Shown: positions 47,885 through 57,936 of the stretch, piece by piece
Layout: every line of letters starts with the position of its first letter
Position numbering within the stretch: position 1 is the first letter of the stretch
NCBI GenBank assembly: GCA_037917675.1
Contig: JAVCBW010000005.1
Coordinates: forward strand, 93,887-157,886
Length of the DNA: 64,000 nucleotides
Reading direction: 5' to 3'
Source of the DNA: Thermoproteota archaeon
Lineage (GTDB): Archaea; Korarchaeota; Korarchaeia; B14-G2
Translations under genes and position numbers: made by a program
Notes under the pieces: model-generated
Database searches by the model: none
The model's input: only the letters and a program-made list of their open reading frames with translations
What the model was told of the DNA's origin: nothing

Positions 47885-48407
47885 GAGACTCGCATCCGAG
47901 TTCAATCTAGAGTACTACTCTGGAGGAGATGCTCTGAAGGAGGTTGCATCGAGGTTAGGGTATAACGTGTCGCAGGTAGGCTGGTGGGAGAGCGAGGAGG
48001 GGCTGGATTTCCTCGAGGAGAGGAGGAGAAAGCTTGAGTTCGACAGGAAAGTCGATGAGCAGCTGCTGAAGAAGGTCAGGGCAGCAAGAGGCATAGTAGT
48101 AGATGGATGGGCTCTCCCCTATCTGTATGATGAGAAGGATGCTGTCAGGATATTCCTTAAGGGAGAGCCTGAGGTCAGAGCGGAGAGAGTAGCTAGGAGA
48201 GATGGAATCCCTTTGAGAGAAGCTCTAAAGGCAATAATGAGAAAGGAGGAGATGACTAGAGAGATCTATAAGGAGCTCTACGGCTTCACTATAGGAAGGG
48301 ATCTGGAGCCATTTAACCTCATAGTAGACACAAGCAGACTAACAGCAGACCAGGTATTTGAGATAGTGAAAAGCTACATCAACTACTTCTTTAAGCGTGA
48401 CAGTTAA
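47832..48407 (+). CDS. cmk: Archaeal-type cytidylate kinase (P-loop NMP kinase).
   Basis: The pattern (V)KILVSGLAGTGKTT...VVDGW...IFLKGEPEVRAERVARR resembles archaeal CMP kinases. The GTG start at 47832 is preferred. The gene overlaps the kae1 3' end. Confidence 0.6.
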   Translation: MKILVSGLAGTGKTTLCKRLASEFNLEYYSGGDALKEVASRLGYNVSQVGWWESEEGLDFLEERRRKLEFDRKVDEQLLKKVRAARGIVVDGWALPYLYDEKDAVRIFLKGEPEVRAERVARRDGIPLREALKAIMRKEEMTREIYKELYGFTIGRDLEPFNLIVDTSRLTADQVFEIVKSYINYFFKRDS

Positions 48408-48438
48408 GAAGAATGCTGAGAGAGCTTAGGGGGGTAAT

Positions 48439-48924
48439 ATGGTCAAGATAGAGGTCGTAGACCTCACGCCTCCAGAAGGTTGCCAGATGATAATCGGGAT
48501 GTCACACTTCATCAAGACAGTAGAAGATCTATATGAAGCCATGGTGAACTCTGTGCCTGGAATAAAGTTTGGGATAGCATTCTGCGAGTCGAGTGGACCA
48601 GCTCTAGTAAGGTATGATGGAAGCGACAAGGAGCTCACAGAAAAGGCTGTAGAGTATGCCCTAAAGCTGTCAGCAGGGCACAGCTTCGTCATCCTATTCA
48701 AGAATGCATATCCAATCAATGTTCTAAGCAGGCTGAGGGTCGTAGATGAGCTAGTTAACCTCTTCTGTGCCACAGCAAACCCTGTTCAGGTGATAGTAGC
48801 AGAGACAGAGCAGGGTAGAGGTATACTTGGAGTAATAGATGGCATAAAGACGAAGGGTGTCGAAACAGATAGAGACAAGGAGGAGAGGCACAGGTTCCTA
48901 AGGGAAATAGGCTACAAGAGGTAG
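48439..48924 (+). CDS. Adenosine-specific-kinase family protein (PF04008-like).
   Basis: Supporting sequences are IIGMSHFIKTVEDLYEA, ILFKNAYPINVL and CATANPVQVIVAETEQGRGILGVIDG. Confidence 0.45.
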   Translation: MVKIEVVDLTPPEGCQMIIGMSHFIKTVEDLYEAMVNSVPGIKFGIAFCESSGPALVRYDGSDKELTEKAVEYALKLSAGHSFVILFKNAYPINVLSRLRVVDELVNLFCATANPVQVIVAETEQGRGILGVIDGIKTKGVETDRDKEERHRFLREIGYKR

Positions 48925-48931
48925 AAGGAGG

Positions 48932-49405
48932 ATGGGAAAGAGGGTTTTAGTAGGAGGGTGCTTCGACATAATACATCCTGCACACATTAAGATGCTCAGT
49001 AAGGCAAGAGAGATCGCAGGGGAGGGGGGAGAGCTCATAGTAGTTGTTGCTAGAGACAGAAACGTGAGGCGTCTGAAGGGTAGAGAGCCCATAGTCCCAG
49101 AGGAGTCTAGGAGATTCATAGTGGAGAGCCTCAAGCCTGTCGATAAAGCCGTGCTTGGCAGTGAGGGAGAAGACCTTCTTGAGATCGTATGTGAAATAAA
49201 GCCTGATGTCGTGGCACTTGGGTATGACCAGCCATTTGATGAGGAAGCCTTAAAGCAGACACTTCACGCGAGAGGGCTTAGAGTAGAGGTAGTTAGGCTA
49301 CCGAAGTATAATGCAACCCCAGACAGCACCTCAGAGATACTGAGTAGGGTGAGGAGGCTGCTTGAAAGCAGTCAAGACTCTCATAGGAGTATGGAGGCTG
49401 ACTAG
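48932..49405 (+). CDS. ribL: FAD synthase RibL (nucleotidyltransferase).
   Basis: Supporting sequences are RVLVGGCFDIIHPAHIKML, IVVVARD, LKGREPIVPEE and LKPVDKAVLG. Confidence 0.7.
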   Translation: MGKRVLVGGCFDIIHPAHIKMLSKAREIAGEGGELIVVVARDRNVRRLKGREPIVPEESRRFIVESLKPVDKAVLGSEGEDLLEIVCEIKPDVVALGYDQPFDEEALKQTLHARGLRVEVVRLPKYNATPDSTSEILSRVRRLLESSQDSHRSMEAD

Positions 49406-50243
49406 ATTCGAGCATGCGCTCATAGCTGGCCTAGCTGTAGTCGCAAGCTACACTATAGTCTGTAAGCTCACATACATCAGGGTCAGCACACCAGATGCAG
49501 CTATTGGTTTCCTAGTTGGTGTACTAATCACGGCAGCAAGCTTCTCGATAAACGACTACTTTGACATCGAAGTTGACAGAGCTAACATGAGGCTTGATAG
49601 GCCTCTCGTGTCAGGTGAGATAAGCCCGTCATCAGCCCTGTATGGAGCTATAGCAGCATATGCTGGAGGAGTAGGCATAGCAGCGCTGATCTCAGTGAAG
49701 GCATTCATGTCAGCACTTGTGTTTGCAGTCTGTATTGGAGCACTCTATAGCTGGAGGCTTAAAGGGCTACACTGGAGCATCAAGAATATGGTAGTGGGGC
49801 TAAGCTACATGATCCCGTGCATATATGGCTGCTTCATGGTAGAGGAGGTCAGTGGCATCCTGTGGGCTAACATGATGGTGCTGGGTGGGACAGCATTCCT
49901 CTATGGTTTTGGCAGGGAAGTCATGAAAGACATAATAGACCTAGAGGGAGATAGGCTGAGGGGAATTAAGACAGCTCCCATGGTGATGGGGTCTAGAAGA
50001 GCCTCTCAAATTGCTGCAGCATTCTTCATAATGGCGGTAGCTATGAGCATGGTTCCATATCTCTCCCTGCTGAAAACCTTCTGGTATGCAGCCATCATAG
50101 CAGTAGCAGACACCATAGCCGTAGTGACAGCTATACTGGCGCTTAGGTGTAGTAGAGAGAGCCTTAAGAAAGGCAGAAATTACTCAATAATAGTTATGGG
50201 GCTAGGTATACTAGCCTATACCATGGGAGCACTAAGCATTTAG
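49362..50243 (+). CDS. UbiA-family prenyltransferase, probably (S)-2,3-di-O-geranylgeranylglyceryl phosphate synthase.
   Basis: It has the NDYFDIEVDRAN motif, a second Asp-rich motif (DIIDLEGDR) and about eight TM segments. The start is TTG. Confidence 0.6.
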   Translation: MKAVKTLIGVWRLTRFEHALIAGLAVVASYTIVCKLTYIRVSTPDAAIGFLVGVLITAASFSINDYFDIEVDRANMRLDRPLVSGEISPSSALYGAIAAYAGGVGIAALISVKAFMSALVFAVCIGALYSWRLKGLHWSIKNMVVGLSYMIPCIYGCFMVEEVSGILWANMMVLGGTAFLYGFGREVMKDIIDLEGDRLRGIKTAPMVMGSRRASQIAAAFFIMAVAMSMVPYLSLLKTFWYAAIIAVADTIAVVTAILALRCSRESLKKGRNYSIIVMGLGILAYTMGALSI

Positions 50244-50246
50244 GGC

Positions 50247-51551
50247 CTAAGATAGGTGCTGAGAGAGGAGCTGCCCTAGCTTCAGCGCGCCCTCTCTGAG
50301 AACTTCAGGAGGCTTGTAGACAAAGCACAGCCTCATTCCATTGGTCTTTGGGGAGCTTGGAGAGAGCCTTCTGCTAGATGGAGTATACTGGTACCCTGTG
50401 GGAGGATAGAATGCGTGGCTCGGCACGTAGATTATGTCGTTTTTCAAGGCCACCTCCTCGAGGAACCTCTTTGAGTCGAAGTCTTCTCTCTCTGACTCCC
50501 ACCAGATGAAGAACCCTCCAGTTGGATCTGTCCTCCACCCTGCAGGGAAGCTTTCGTCTATGGCCCTTTTTAGAGCATCACATCTCCTCCTGTACTCAGC
50601 TAGGATCTCAGGCAGGTGTCTATCAATGTACTTAGTGTAGTACCTAGCTAGTATGTACTGCACTAGGCTTGGAGAGCAGAGGTCATAGTACCCCTTAGCT
50701 TTGACTATCTCTTCTCTCAGCTGGGGAGGCACAAGTATGTATCCTATTCTGAGTGGTGCAGCCTCCTTGGAGGATGACCTTATGTAGGCTACATACTTAT
50801 TGTCCTTGTCATATGCCTTCAGTGGAGGAAGTCGAGATTCTGTGAACTGCATCTCCCTGTATGCAGCATCTTCTATGATAAGCATCCCCCTCTCAGCACA
50901 CGTGTCGAAGATCTGCTTCCTCCTCTTCTCTGAGAGAGTGGAGCCAGTTGGGTTGTTTGAGTCAGGAATGATATATAGTATCTCAGGTTTCTTGCCAAGC
51001 TCCTTGACTGCGACATCAAAGGCTTCATCAACATACTCAGGGACTATGCCTTCCCTGTCAGATGGGACTATCACTACTCTAGCTCCAAGCTTCACTGCAG
51101 GCATCACGAACCCGAGGTAGGCTGGTGAAGATACCATTATCACGTCTCCCTTGTCTATGAGCGTGTCAAGGATTGCATAGAGAGCCTGTTGCGACCCAGA
51201 TGTTATCACCAGCTCATTTGGATCCGCTTCCACACCATCCTTCTCCCTCATCCTCTTAGCTAAGACCTCTCTGAGCACAGATATGCCCTCTGTTGGCCCA
51301 TAGTTATACTGCTCAAGGGCCTCCTCATATCTCCCTTCATCCAGCATCTTAAGCTGCTCCTGTCCCATTTCAATCAGTATCTTGGCCATAGCCTTTATGG
51401 GGATCTTACCAGGCTTCCCTCCAGCAAAGTAATATTTCACATTGTACCTTAGAAGCCTCCTGATCTCAGATTCAGGGATGAGGCGAGTCCAGGCAGCAAA
51501 GTCATAGATAGAAGAAGAGCTACTCATGCCAGCACCTAGCTTAAACTGCAT
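50247..51551 (-). CDS. Class I/II PLP-dependent aminotransferase. The start is revised to the ATG at 51551.
   Basis: It has an aminotransferase fold with the Lys motif region SSSKEAAPLRIGY. The track start (51632) would overlap rnz by 40 nt. A TATA (ttatattatt) lies 10-20 nt upstream of the ATG at 51551 (MQFKLG...). Confidence 0.7.
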   Translation of the reverse strand: MQFKLGAGMSSSSSIYDFAAWTRLIPESEIRRLLRYNVKYYFAGGKPGKIPIKAMAKILIEMGQEQLKMLDEGRYEEALEQYNYGPTEGISVLREVLAKRMREKDGVEADPNELVITSGSQQALYAILDTLIDKGDVIMVSSPAYLGFVMPAVKLGARVVIVPSDREGIVPEYVDEAFDVAVKELGKKPEILYIIPDSNNPTGSTLSEKRRKQIFDTCAERGMLIIEDAAYREMQFTESRLPPLKAYDKDNKYVAYIRSSSKEAAPLRIGYILVPPQLREEIVKAKGYYDLCSPSLVQYILARYYTKYIDRHLPEILAEYRRRCDALKRAIDESFPAGWRTDPTGGFFIWWESEREDFDSKRFLEEVALKNDIIYVPSHAFYPPTGYQYTPSSRRLSPSSPKTNGMRLCFVYKPPEVLREGALKLGQLLSQHLS

Positions 51552-51561
51552 GGGCAGCCTA

Positions 51562-51573
51562 ATAATATAAGGT
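51562..51573. promoter_or_regulatory. Shared bidirectional TATA element (taataatataag) between the divergent aminotransferase and rnz genes.
   Basis: It lies about 10-20 nt from the minus-strand ATG (51551) and 20-30 nt from the plus-strand ATG (51593). Confidence 0.4.
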
Positions 51574-51592
51574 TTGCCATAAGCTGGCTTCC

Positions 51593-52543
51593 ATGTCCAT
51601 GAGGGTAACAATCCTAGGGTCAGGAGGAACATACCCTACACCAGAGAGGGGGCTACCTGCCATAGCAGTCAGGATGCCAGGGAGACTCTACCTGCTAGAC
51701 TGTGGGGGATGCACTCAGAGGCAGATTTTCAAAGGGAAGCTCAAGATAGGCCCTCTTACACACGTCTTCATAACCCACTTGCATGGAGACCACGTCTTCG
51801 GCATCTTTGGGCTGCTTCAGACTTTATCTCTGCTTGACAGAAAGAAGCCACTGTGTGTAGTTGGCCCTGAGGGAATAGGAAGCTTGATTGAAGAAGTCGG
51901 TAGGTGGACTCGGCTTAAGCCAAGCTATGAGCTTTCAGTCATAGAAGTCGGTAGGGAAAGGGTCTTTGAGCTTGACACACACTACATCAAGCTGTTTCCA
52001 GTAAGCCATGGCATCCCAGCATTTGGGATAGCGATAGAGGAGAAGCCTAGGCCAGGGAAGTTCGATGTAGAGAAGGCTGATAAGCTAGGAGTTCCAGTCC
52101 ACCTTAGAAAGGACCTCCAGCTCGGCAAGGCCATCAAGACACCATCTGGGAAGCTAGTATATCCGGAAGATGTGCTAGGAGAAAGTAGGCCAGGGAGGAA
52201 GATCGTTTACACAGGAGACACATCTCCCTGTGATAGAGTTGCTAGAGAAGCTAAGGGAGCAAACCTGCTAATACATGACTCAATGTATCTGGTTGGAGAC
52301 GAGGAGCTCGCTGAGGAGGGGGTACATAGCAGCTATCGAGATGCATGTGAGGTAGCTGCAGCATGTGAGGTAGGCCTTTTGCTCCTAACGCATTTCAGCC
52401 CAAGATACAGGATGGAAGACGTGCTGAGGGCTGAAAAAGCTGCTAGAAGCTACTTCCCTAGGACTATAGCCTGCAGAGACTTCACTACAGTTGAGATCGA
52501 CTTCTCTGGCGCCTGCCATGTTGTCGAAGCTGGTATGCAATAG
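51593..52543 (+). CDS. rnz: Ribonuclease Z (tRNA 3'-processing metallo-beta-lactamase).
   Basis: Supporting sequences are ILGSGG, HLHGDHVFG and the C-terminal HFS and H motifs. Confidence 0.85.
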   Translation: MSMRVTILGSGGTYPTPERGLPAIAVRMPGRLYLLDCGGCTQRQIFKGKLKIGPLTHVFITHLHGDHVFGIFGLLQTLSLLDRKKPLCVVGPEGIGSLIEEVGRWTRLKPSYELSVIEVGRERVFELDTHYIKLFPVSHGIPAFGIAIEEKPRPGKFDVEKADKLGVPVHLRKDLQLGKAIKTPSGKLVYPEDVLGESRPGRKIVYTGDTSPCDRVAREAKGANLLIHDSMYLVGDEELAEEGVHSSYRDACEVAAACEVGLLLLTHFSPRYRMEDVLRAEKAARSYFPRTIACRDFTTVEIDFSGACHVVEAGMQ

Positions 52544-52931
52544 CTGGAGGGCAAAGCCAGTTGATGACTTTGAGAGCATCATCACACTCGATTACGACAT
52601 CTATGACTCCGAGGGGGGTGGAGTGGGTCGGTGAGAAGTTTATCACCCCATGATATGCTGCCTGCTTGTTCAGCTCAAAGTGTATAACTCTCCCATCAGG
52701 GCTCCTCCCATCGAGCAGTAGCTTCCTTGCTGTTGCCAGTATTCTCCTCTCTCTAAAGCCTCTGTATAGCTTTTCGAGAGCAGGCTTACCGCTCCCAACT
52801 AGGATGATAGAGGACTCTGTGTGCTTCACTTCCCCGCTGGCAACATTCAATACAGCCTTCTCTACTTTACTCCTGTCTTCAGTAGAGTATATAGGAGCCC
52901 TGACTCTCACAACTATCTGAGACATCAGCAT
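52485..52931 (-). CDS. Hypothetical small protein (possibly UPF0201/COG1931-like), divergent from cca.
   Basis: It is 148 aa with no confident motif. Its 3' end overlaps rnz convergently by 58 nt. Confidence 0.3.
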   Translation of the reverse strand: MLMSQIVVRVRAPIYSTEDRSKVEKAVLNVASGEVKHTESSIILVGSGKPALEKLYRGFRERRILATARKLLLDGRSPDGRVIHFELNKQAAYHGVINFSPTHSTPLGVIDVVIECDDALKVINWLCPPAIAYQLRQHGRRQRSRSQL

Positions 52932-52967
52932 GTTAAAGCCTGAGGGGTATATAAGATTGGGGGGATA

Positions 52968-54377
52968 TTGGACAGCATCCTGAAGCTCATATCAAGTGAG
53001 GTGACACCGAAACCAGAGGAAAGAGAGGCTTTAGAGAGGGCTGTATCAGAAATCACGAGGAAGCTGCAGGATATCAGAGACAGATATGGGTGGAGATATG
53101 AAGTAATGCATCTGGGGTCGACAGCAAGAGACACATGGCTTTCTGGGAGCAGAGACATAGACATCTTTCTAGCATTTCCCTTAGATGAAGGCGAGAGTGC
53201 AATGGAGGAGATAGGTGTTAGAGCTGGGATAGAGGTGTCAGGTGGAAGATATAAGCTGCTTTACTCAAGCCACCCATATGTCAGAGTGGAGCATAGAGGC
53301 TTTGAGATAGACATTGTACCATGCTATAGGATAACAGATGTATCTCAGCTTAGGAGCGCAGTCGATAGGACACAGCTGCACCAGAAGTATCTGGAGGAGA
53401 AGCTGACTCCAGAGCTATGCAGTGACATAAGGCTGATGAAAGCCTTTGCTAGGGGGGTTGGGGTATATGGAGCTGAAGCTAAGACTAGAGGCTTCTCAGG
53501 ATATCTACTAGAGCTCATAGTCCTCTACTATGGGAGCTTCCTTGAAGCGATCAAGGAGGCATCAATGTGGAAGCCTCCTATAGTAATCGACATAGAGGGG
53601 TATTATGCTCCGAGAGAAGCTAGAGAGGTCTTTGACTCCCCTATTATAGTCGTGGACCCAGTGGATAGGAGAAGGAATGCTGCTGCATCAGTGAGCAAGC
53701 AGGCACTATCAGCCTTCATAGCAGCCTCCTCGCTCTTCCTAGCAAGGCCCAGCATTGCCTTCTTCAAGCCACCACAGAAAAAGCTACCTGACAAGGTCGA
53801 AAGCCACTTTGCAATAGTGGCTTTCAAGCTGACTAGGGCTCCACCAGATGTCCAGTGGAGCCAGCTTGAGAAGACATGTAACAAGGTCAGAGCATACCTG
53901 GAGGAGCAGGGAGCTCAGGTATTGGGGGCTAGCTTCTGGACAGATGAAGATATCAGAGGTGCTTTAGCATTTAAGTTCGCTAGCTGGCAGATACCAGAAG
54001 CTAGAGTGCACTATGGGCCATTTGTCTGGCAGAAGGAAGAGAGCTTGAAGTTCATAGACAAGCATCTTAGGAGAGAGGATACGATTGAAGGCCCTTTCAT
54101 ACAGGACTTCAGGTGGGTTGTGGTGAAGAGAAGAGAGAGAAGTGTGCTGAGCATTTTGAGGAGCCTTGTATCTAGTATGAGCATCATGGTGTCAATTGGG
54201 GTACCTGCAAGGATAGCTGAGTGCATAGAGAGGGAGCACATGGTCTTAACTGAAAGGGATATAGCAGCCATAAGGGGCACAGAGCTAGAAGAGTTCCTGT
54301 CGGAGCTACTGGATAGAACTCCTCAGTACGTCAAGTGGGGCCGGCGGGACTTGAACCCGCGACCTCCAGCGGTCTAG
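52968..54377 (+). CDS. cca: CCA-adding tRNA nucleotidyltransferase, archaeal class I.
   Basis: Supporting features are GSTARDTWLSGSRDIDIFLAFP (Pol-beta NT motif) and the typical length. The last 14 codons run antisense through the neighbouring tRNA gene. Confidence 0.8.
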   Translation: MDSILKLISSEVTPKPEEREALERAVSEITRKLQDIRDRYGWRYEVMHLGSTARDTWLSGSRDIDIFLAFPLDEGESAMEEIGVRAGIEVSGGRYKLLYSSHPYVRVEHRGFEIDIVPCYRITDVSQLRSAVDRTQLHQKYLEEKLTPELCSDIRLMKAFARGVGVYGAEAKTRGFSGYLLELIVLYYGSFLEAIKEASMWKPPIVIDIEGYYAPREAREVFDSPIIVVDPVDRRRNAAASVSKQALSAFIAASSLFLARPSIAFFKPPQKKLPDKVESHFAIVAFKLTRAPPDVQWSQLEKTCNKVRAYLEEQGAQVLGASFWTDEDIRGALAFKFASWQIPEARVHYGPFVWQKEESLKFIDKHLRREDTIEGPFIQDFRWVVVKRRERSVLSILRSLVSSMSIMVSIGVPARIAECIEREHMVLTERDIAAIRGTELEEFLSELLDRTPQYVKWGRRDLNPRPPAV

Positions 54378-54434
54378 CAGAGGCCCCAGGCTCACGCCTG
54401 TGTTGGCGCCCTAGCCAAGCTGGGCCACGGCCCC
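54336..54434 (-). tRNA. tRNA, 99 nt, containing an intron or introns. The isotype is unresolved; a CUGCUAG loop would give Ser-GCU.
   Basis: The acceptor is GGGGCCG/CGGCCCC. The D-arm is GCCC-AGCTTGGCTA-GGGC. The T-arm is GCGGG-TTCAAGT-CCCGC. The discriminator is A. About 24 nt of excess sequence lie in the anticodon region. Confidence 0.6.
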
Positions 54435-54551
54435 TAGCTGCTACTAGACTACAGAGTTAAAAGAGTATCTGAGGAGTAGAGTACTTGAGCAGTATGCTGT
54501 AGAGCCTCTGTCAGCAGAGGATGTAGGTTATCGCTGAAGAATGGAAGCATG

Positions 54552-56720
<2,169 letters not shown>

Positions 56721-56729
56721 TCAACCTAG

Positions 56730-57260
56730 CTACTCTATCCTTATCTCCTTCCCAGGCCTAGGCTTCTTCTCGGCTCTTGGAAGCCTCACCTCTAGGATCC
56801 CGTTTCTATATGAGGCCTTAGCTTCCTCAGGCCTCACCTTAGCTGGGAGCTCTATTGTCTTGTCAAACCCCCTCTCAGGGTGCTTAACTGATACACGTAG
56901 CTCTGTCTCTGTGCAGTTTAGGTTTATCTGGTCTTTTTCTACACCGGGAACCTCTATCGTGACTATTATCTCATCGTCAGCCTCTACCACATCTACTAGC
57001 GGCTCTCTCTCAGGGACTATGATTGGGCGGCCTCGCATCCTCCTTATGTTCCCAAACTCGTGTATGATAGGCTTCCCATCAGGGCCTATTCTCATGCTGA
57101 ACCCATAGACATAGGGGCCTTCCACCCTGATTCCCTCTGTCTCTCTTTCAAAGGCTCTTTCAAAGCTTCTCTCCATCAGCTCATCAAAGAGCTCGTCTAT
57201 CCTCTCGAAGAACTCGAAGATATCTGACCAAGGCCTCCTACGTCTTCTCTCTGACATCAA
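56730..57260 (-). CDS. Small heat-shock protein (Hsp20/alpha-crystallin).
   Basis: The alpha-crystallin domain sequence VDVVEADDEIIVTIEVPGVEKDQINLN...LRVSVKH is present, with TATA ggtatataatgg immediately upstream. Confidence 0.8.
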   Translation of the reverse strand: MMSERRRRRPWSDIFEFFERIDELFDELMERSFERAFERETEGIRVEGPYVYGFSMRIGPDGKPIIHEFGNIRRMRGRPIIVPEREPLVDVVEADDEIIVTIEVPGVEKDQINLNCTETELRVSVKHPERGFDKTIELPAKVRPEEAKASYRNGILEVRLPRAEKKPRPGKEIRIE

Positions 57261-57589
57261 GACACCATTATATACCTGCTCTCTAGTATTGAAAAGTCTT
57301 ATTCCAGTGGGTTCCTATGCTACCTCACCTGAACTCCACAGGAGACCCTCCAGGCGCATGGTAGGTAGCTCCTTTGCATCCTCTGGCAGCCTACTGGAGT
57401 GGATTTTCTCTTAGAGAGCTCCTAGAGGAGCCATATGAGAGCTGTGACATGAGGCTGATGAAGCGTTGAAGCTACTGCCTGCTGAGAGGTGGCGTACTAT
57501 CTAGGTTTAGCTAGAAACTGTTTTTAACTCAGTGGTAGCATAGTGCATTAGGCGGGATAGTGCGAGTGAAAAGTAGAGACATCATACTA

Positions 57590-57724
57590 TGCCCCTCATG
57601 TGGATACTCTTTTAGCGTCACATATAGCCGGATGGTTGCATGTAGAGGGTGTCCAACCTTATCCTCTCAGCTATCCTGTTCCTATGTGAAGTGCCCTAAG
57701 TGTGGACATGAGTTTGTGAGGTGA
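57590..57724 (+). CDS. Possible small zinc-ribbon protein (about 45-55 aa; the start is uncertain and may be a GTG at 57560/57566).
   Basis: The frame encodes ...CPSCGYSFSVTYSRMVACRGCPTLSSQLSCSYVKCPKCGHEFVR, which contains three CxxC pairs. It lies immediately upstream of the next small ORF. Confidence 0.25.
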   Translation, partial: CPSCGYSFSVTYSRMVACRGCPTLSSQLSCSYVKCPKCGHEFVR

Positions 57725-57729
57725 TGTAG

Positions 57730-57936
57730 ATGGCAATAGCTCCCCCTCCACACAAGCTTAAGAAGAAGACGCTCCTCAGAGAAGCCCTTAGAGACCTCTC
57801 TCCAGGGCTCCAGGAAGAAGTCTTGGAGCTCATAGAGTCATCTGAGGATGCTGAGAAAGTTAGAGATAGACTTGAGGAGAAGCTTGGGCCTGAGAGAGCT
57901 AGGAAGCTGGTCAGGAGGATATGGGGCTCTGAATGA
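57730..57936 (+). CDS. Hypothetical small basic helical protein whose stop overlaps the glycerate kinase start.
   Basis: It is 68 aa with an ATGA overlap with the downstream gene. Confidence 0.3.
   Translation: MAIAPPPHKLKKKTLLREALRDLSPGLQEEVLELIESSEDAEKVRDRLEEKLGPERARKLVRRIWGSE

Noticed and set aside
47823-48407. Bud32 kinase expected next to kae1.
   Set aside because: The protein has a P-loop (GLAGTGKTT) and an NMP-kinase lid pattern matching archaeal cytidylate kinase, not a protein-kinase fold.
52485-52931. 2'-5' RNA ligase (LigT/ThpR) next to cca.
   Set aside because: The two H-x-T/S-x motifs are not both present (only THST fits), so the product is left as hypothetical.
57440-57500. 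A second C/D-box sRNA (CUGAUGA ... CUGA).
   Set aside because: The C box lacks the leading purine. The C-to-D spacing (20 nt) is incompatible with the C-guide-D'-C'-guide-D layout. Only one guide-length spacer is present.
57261-57589. RNase P RNA or SRP RNA in the 330-nt ORF-free gap.
   Set aside because: I could not find P4-helix GGAAAGUCCGG/ACAGAA..CCGGCUUA-like strings or the SRP helix-8 GGAA/AGCA signature. The gap is left as an open question rather than a call.
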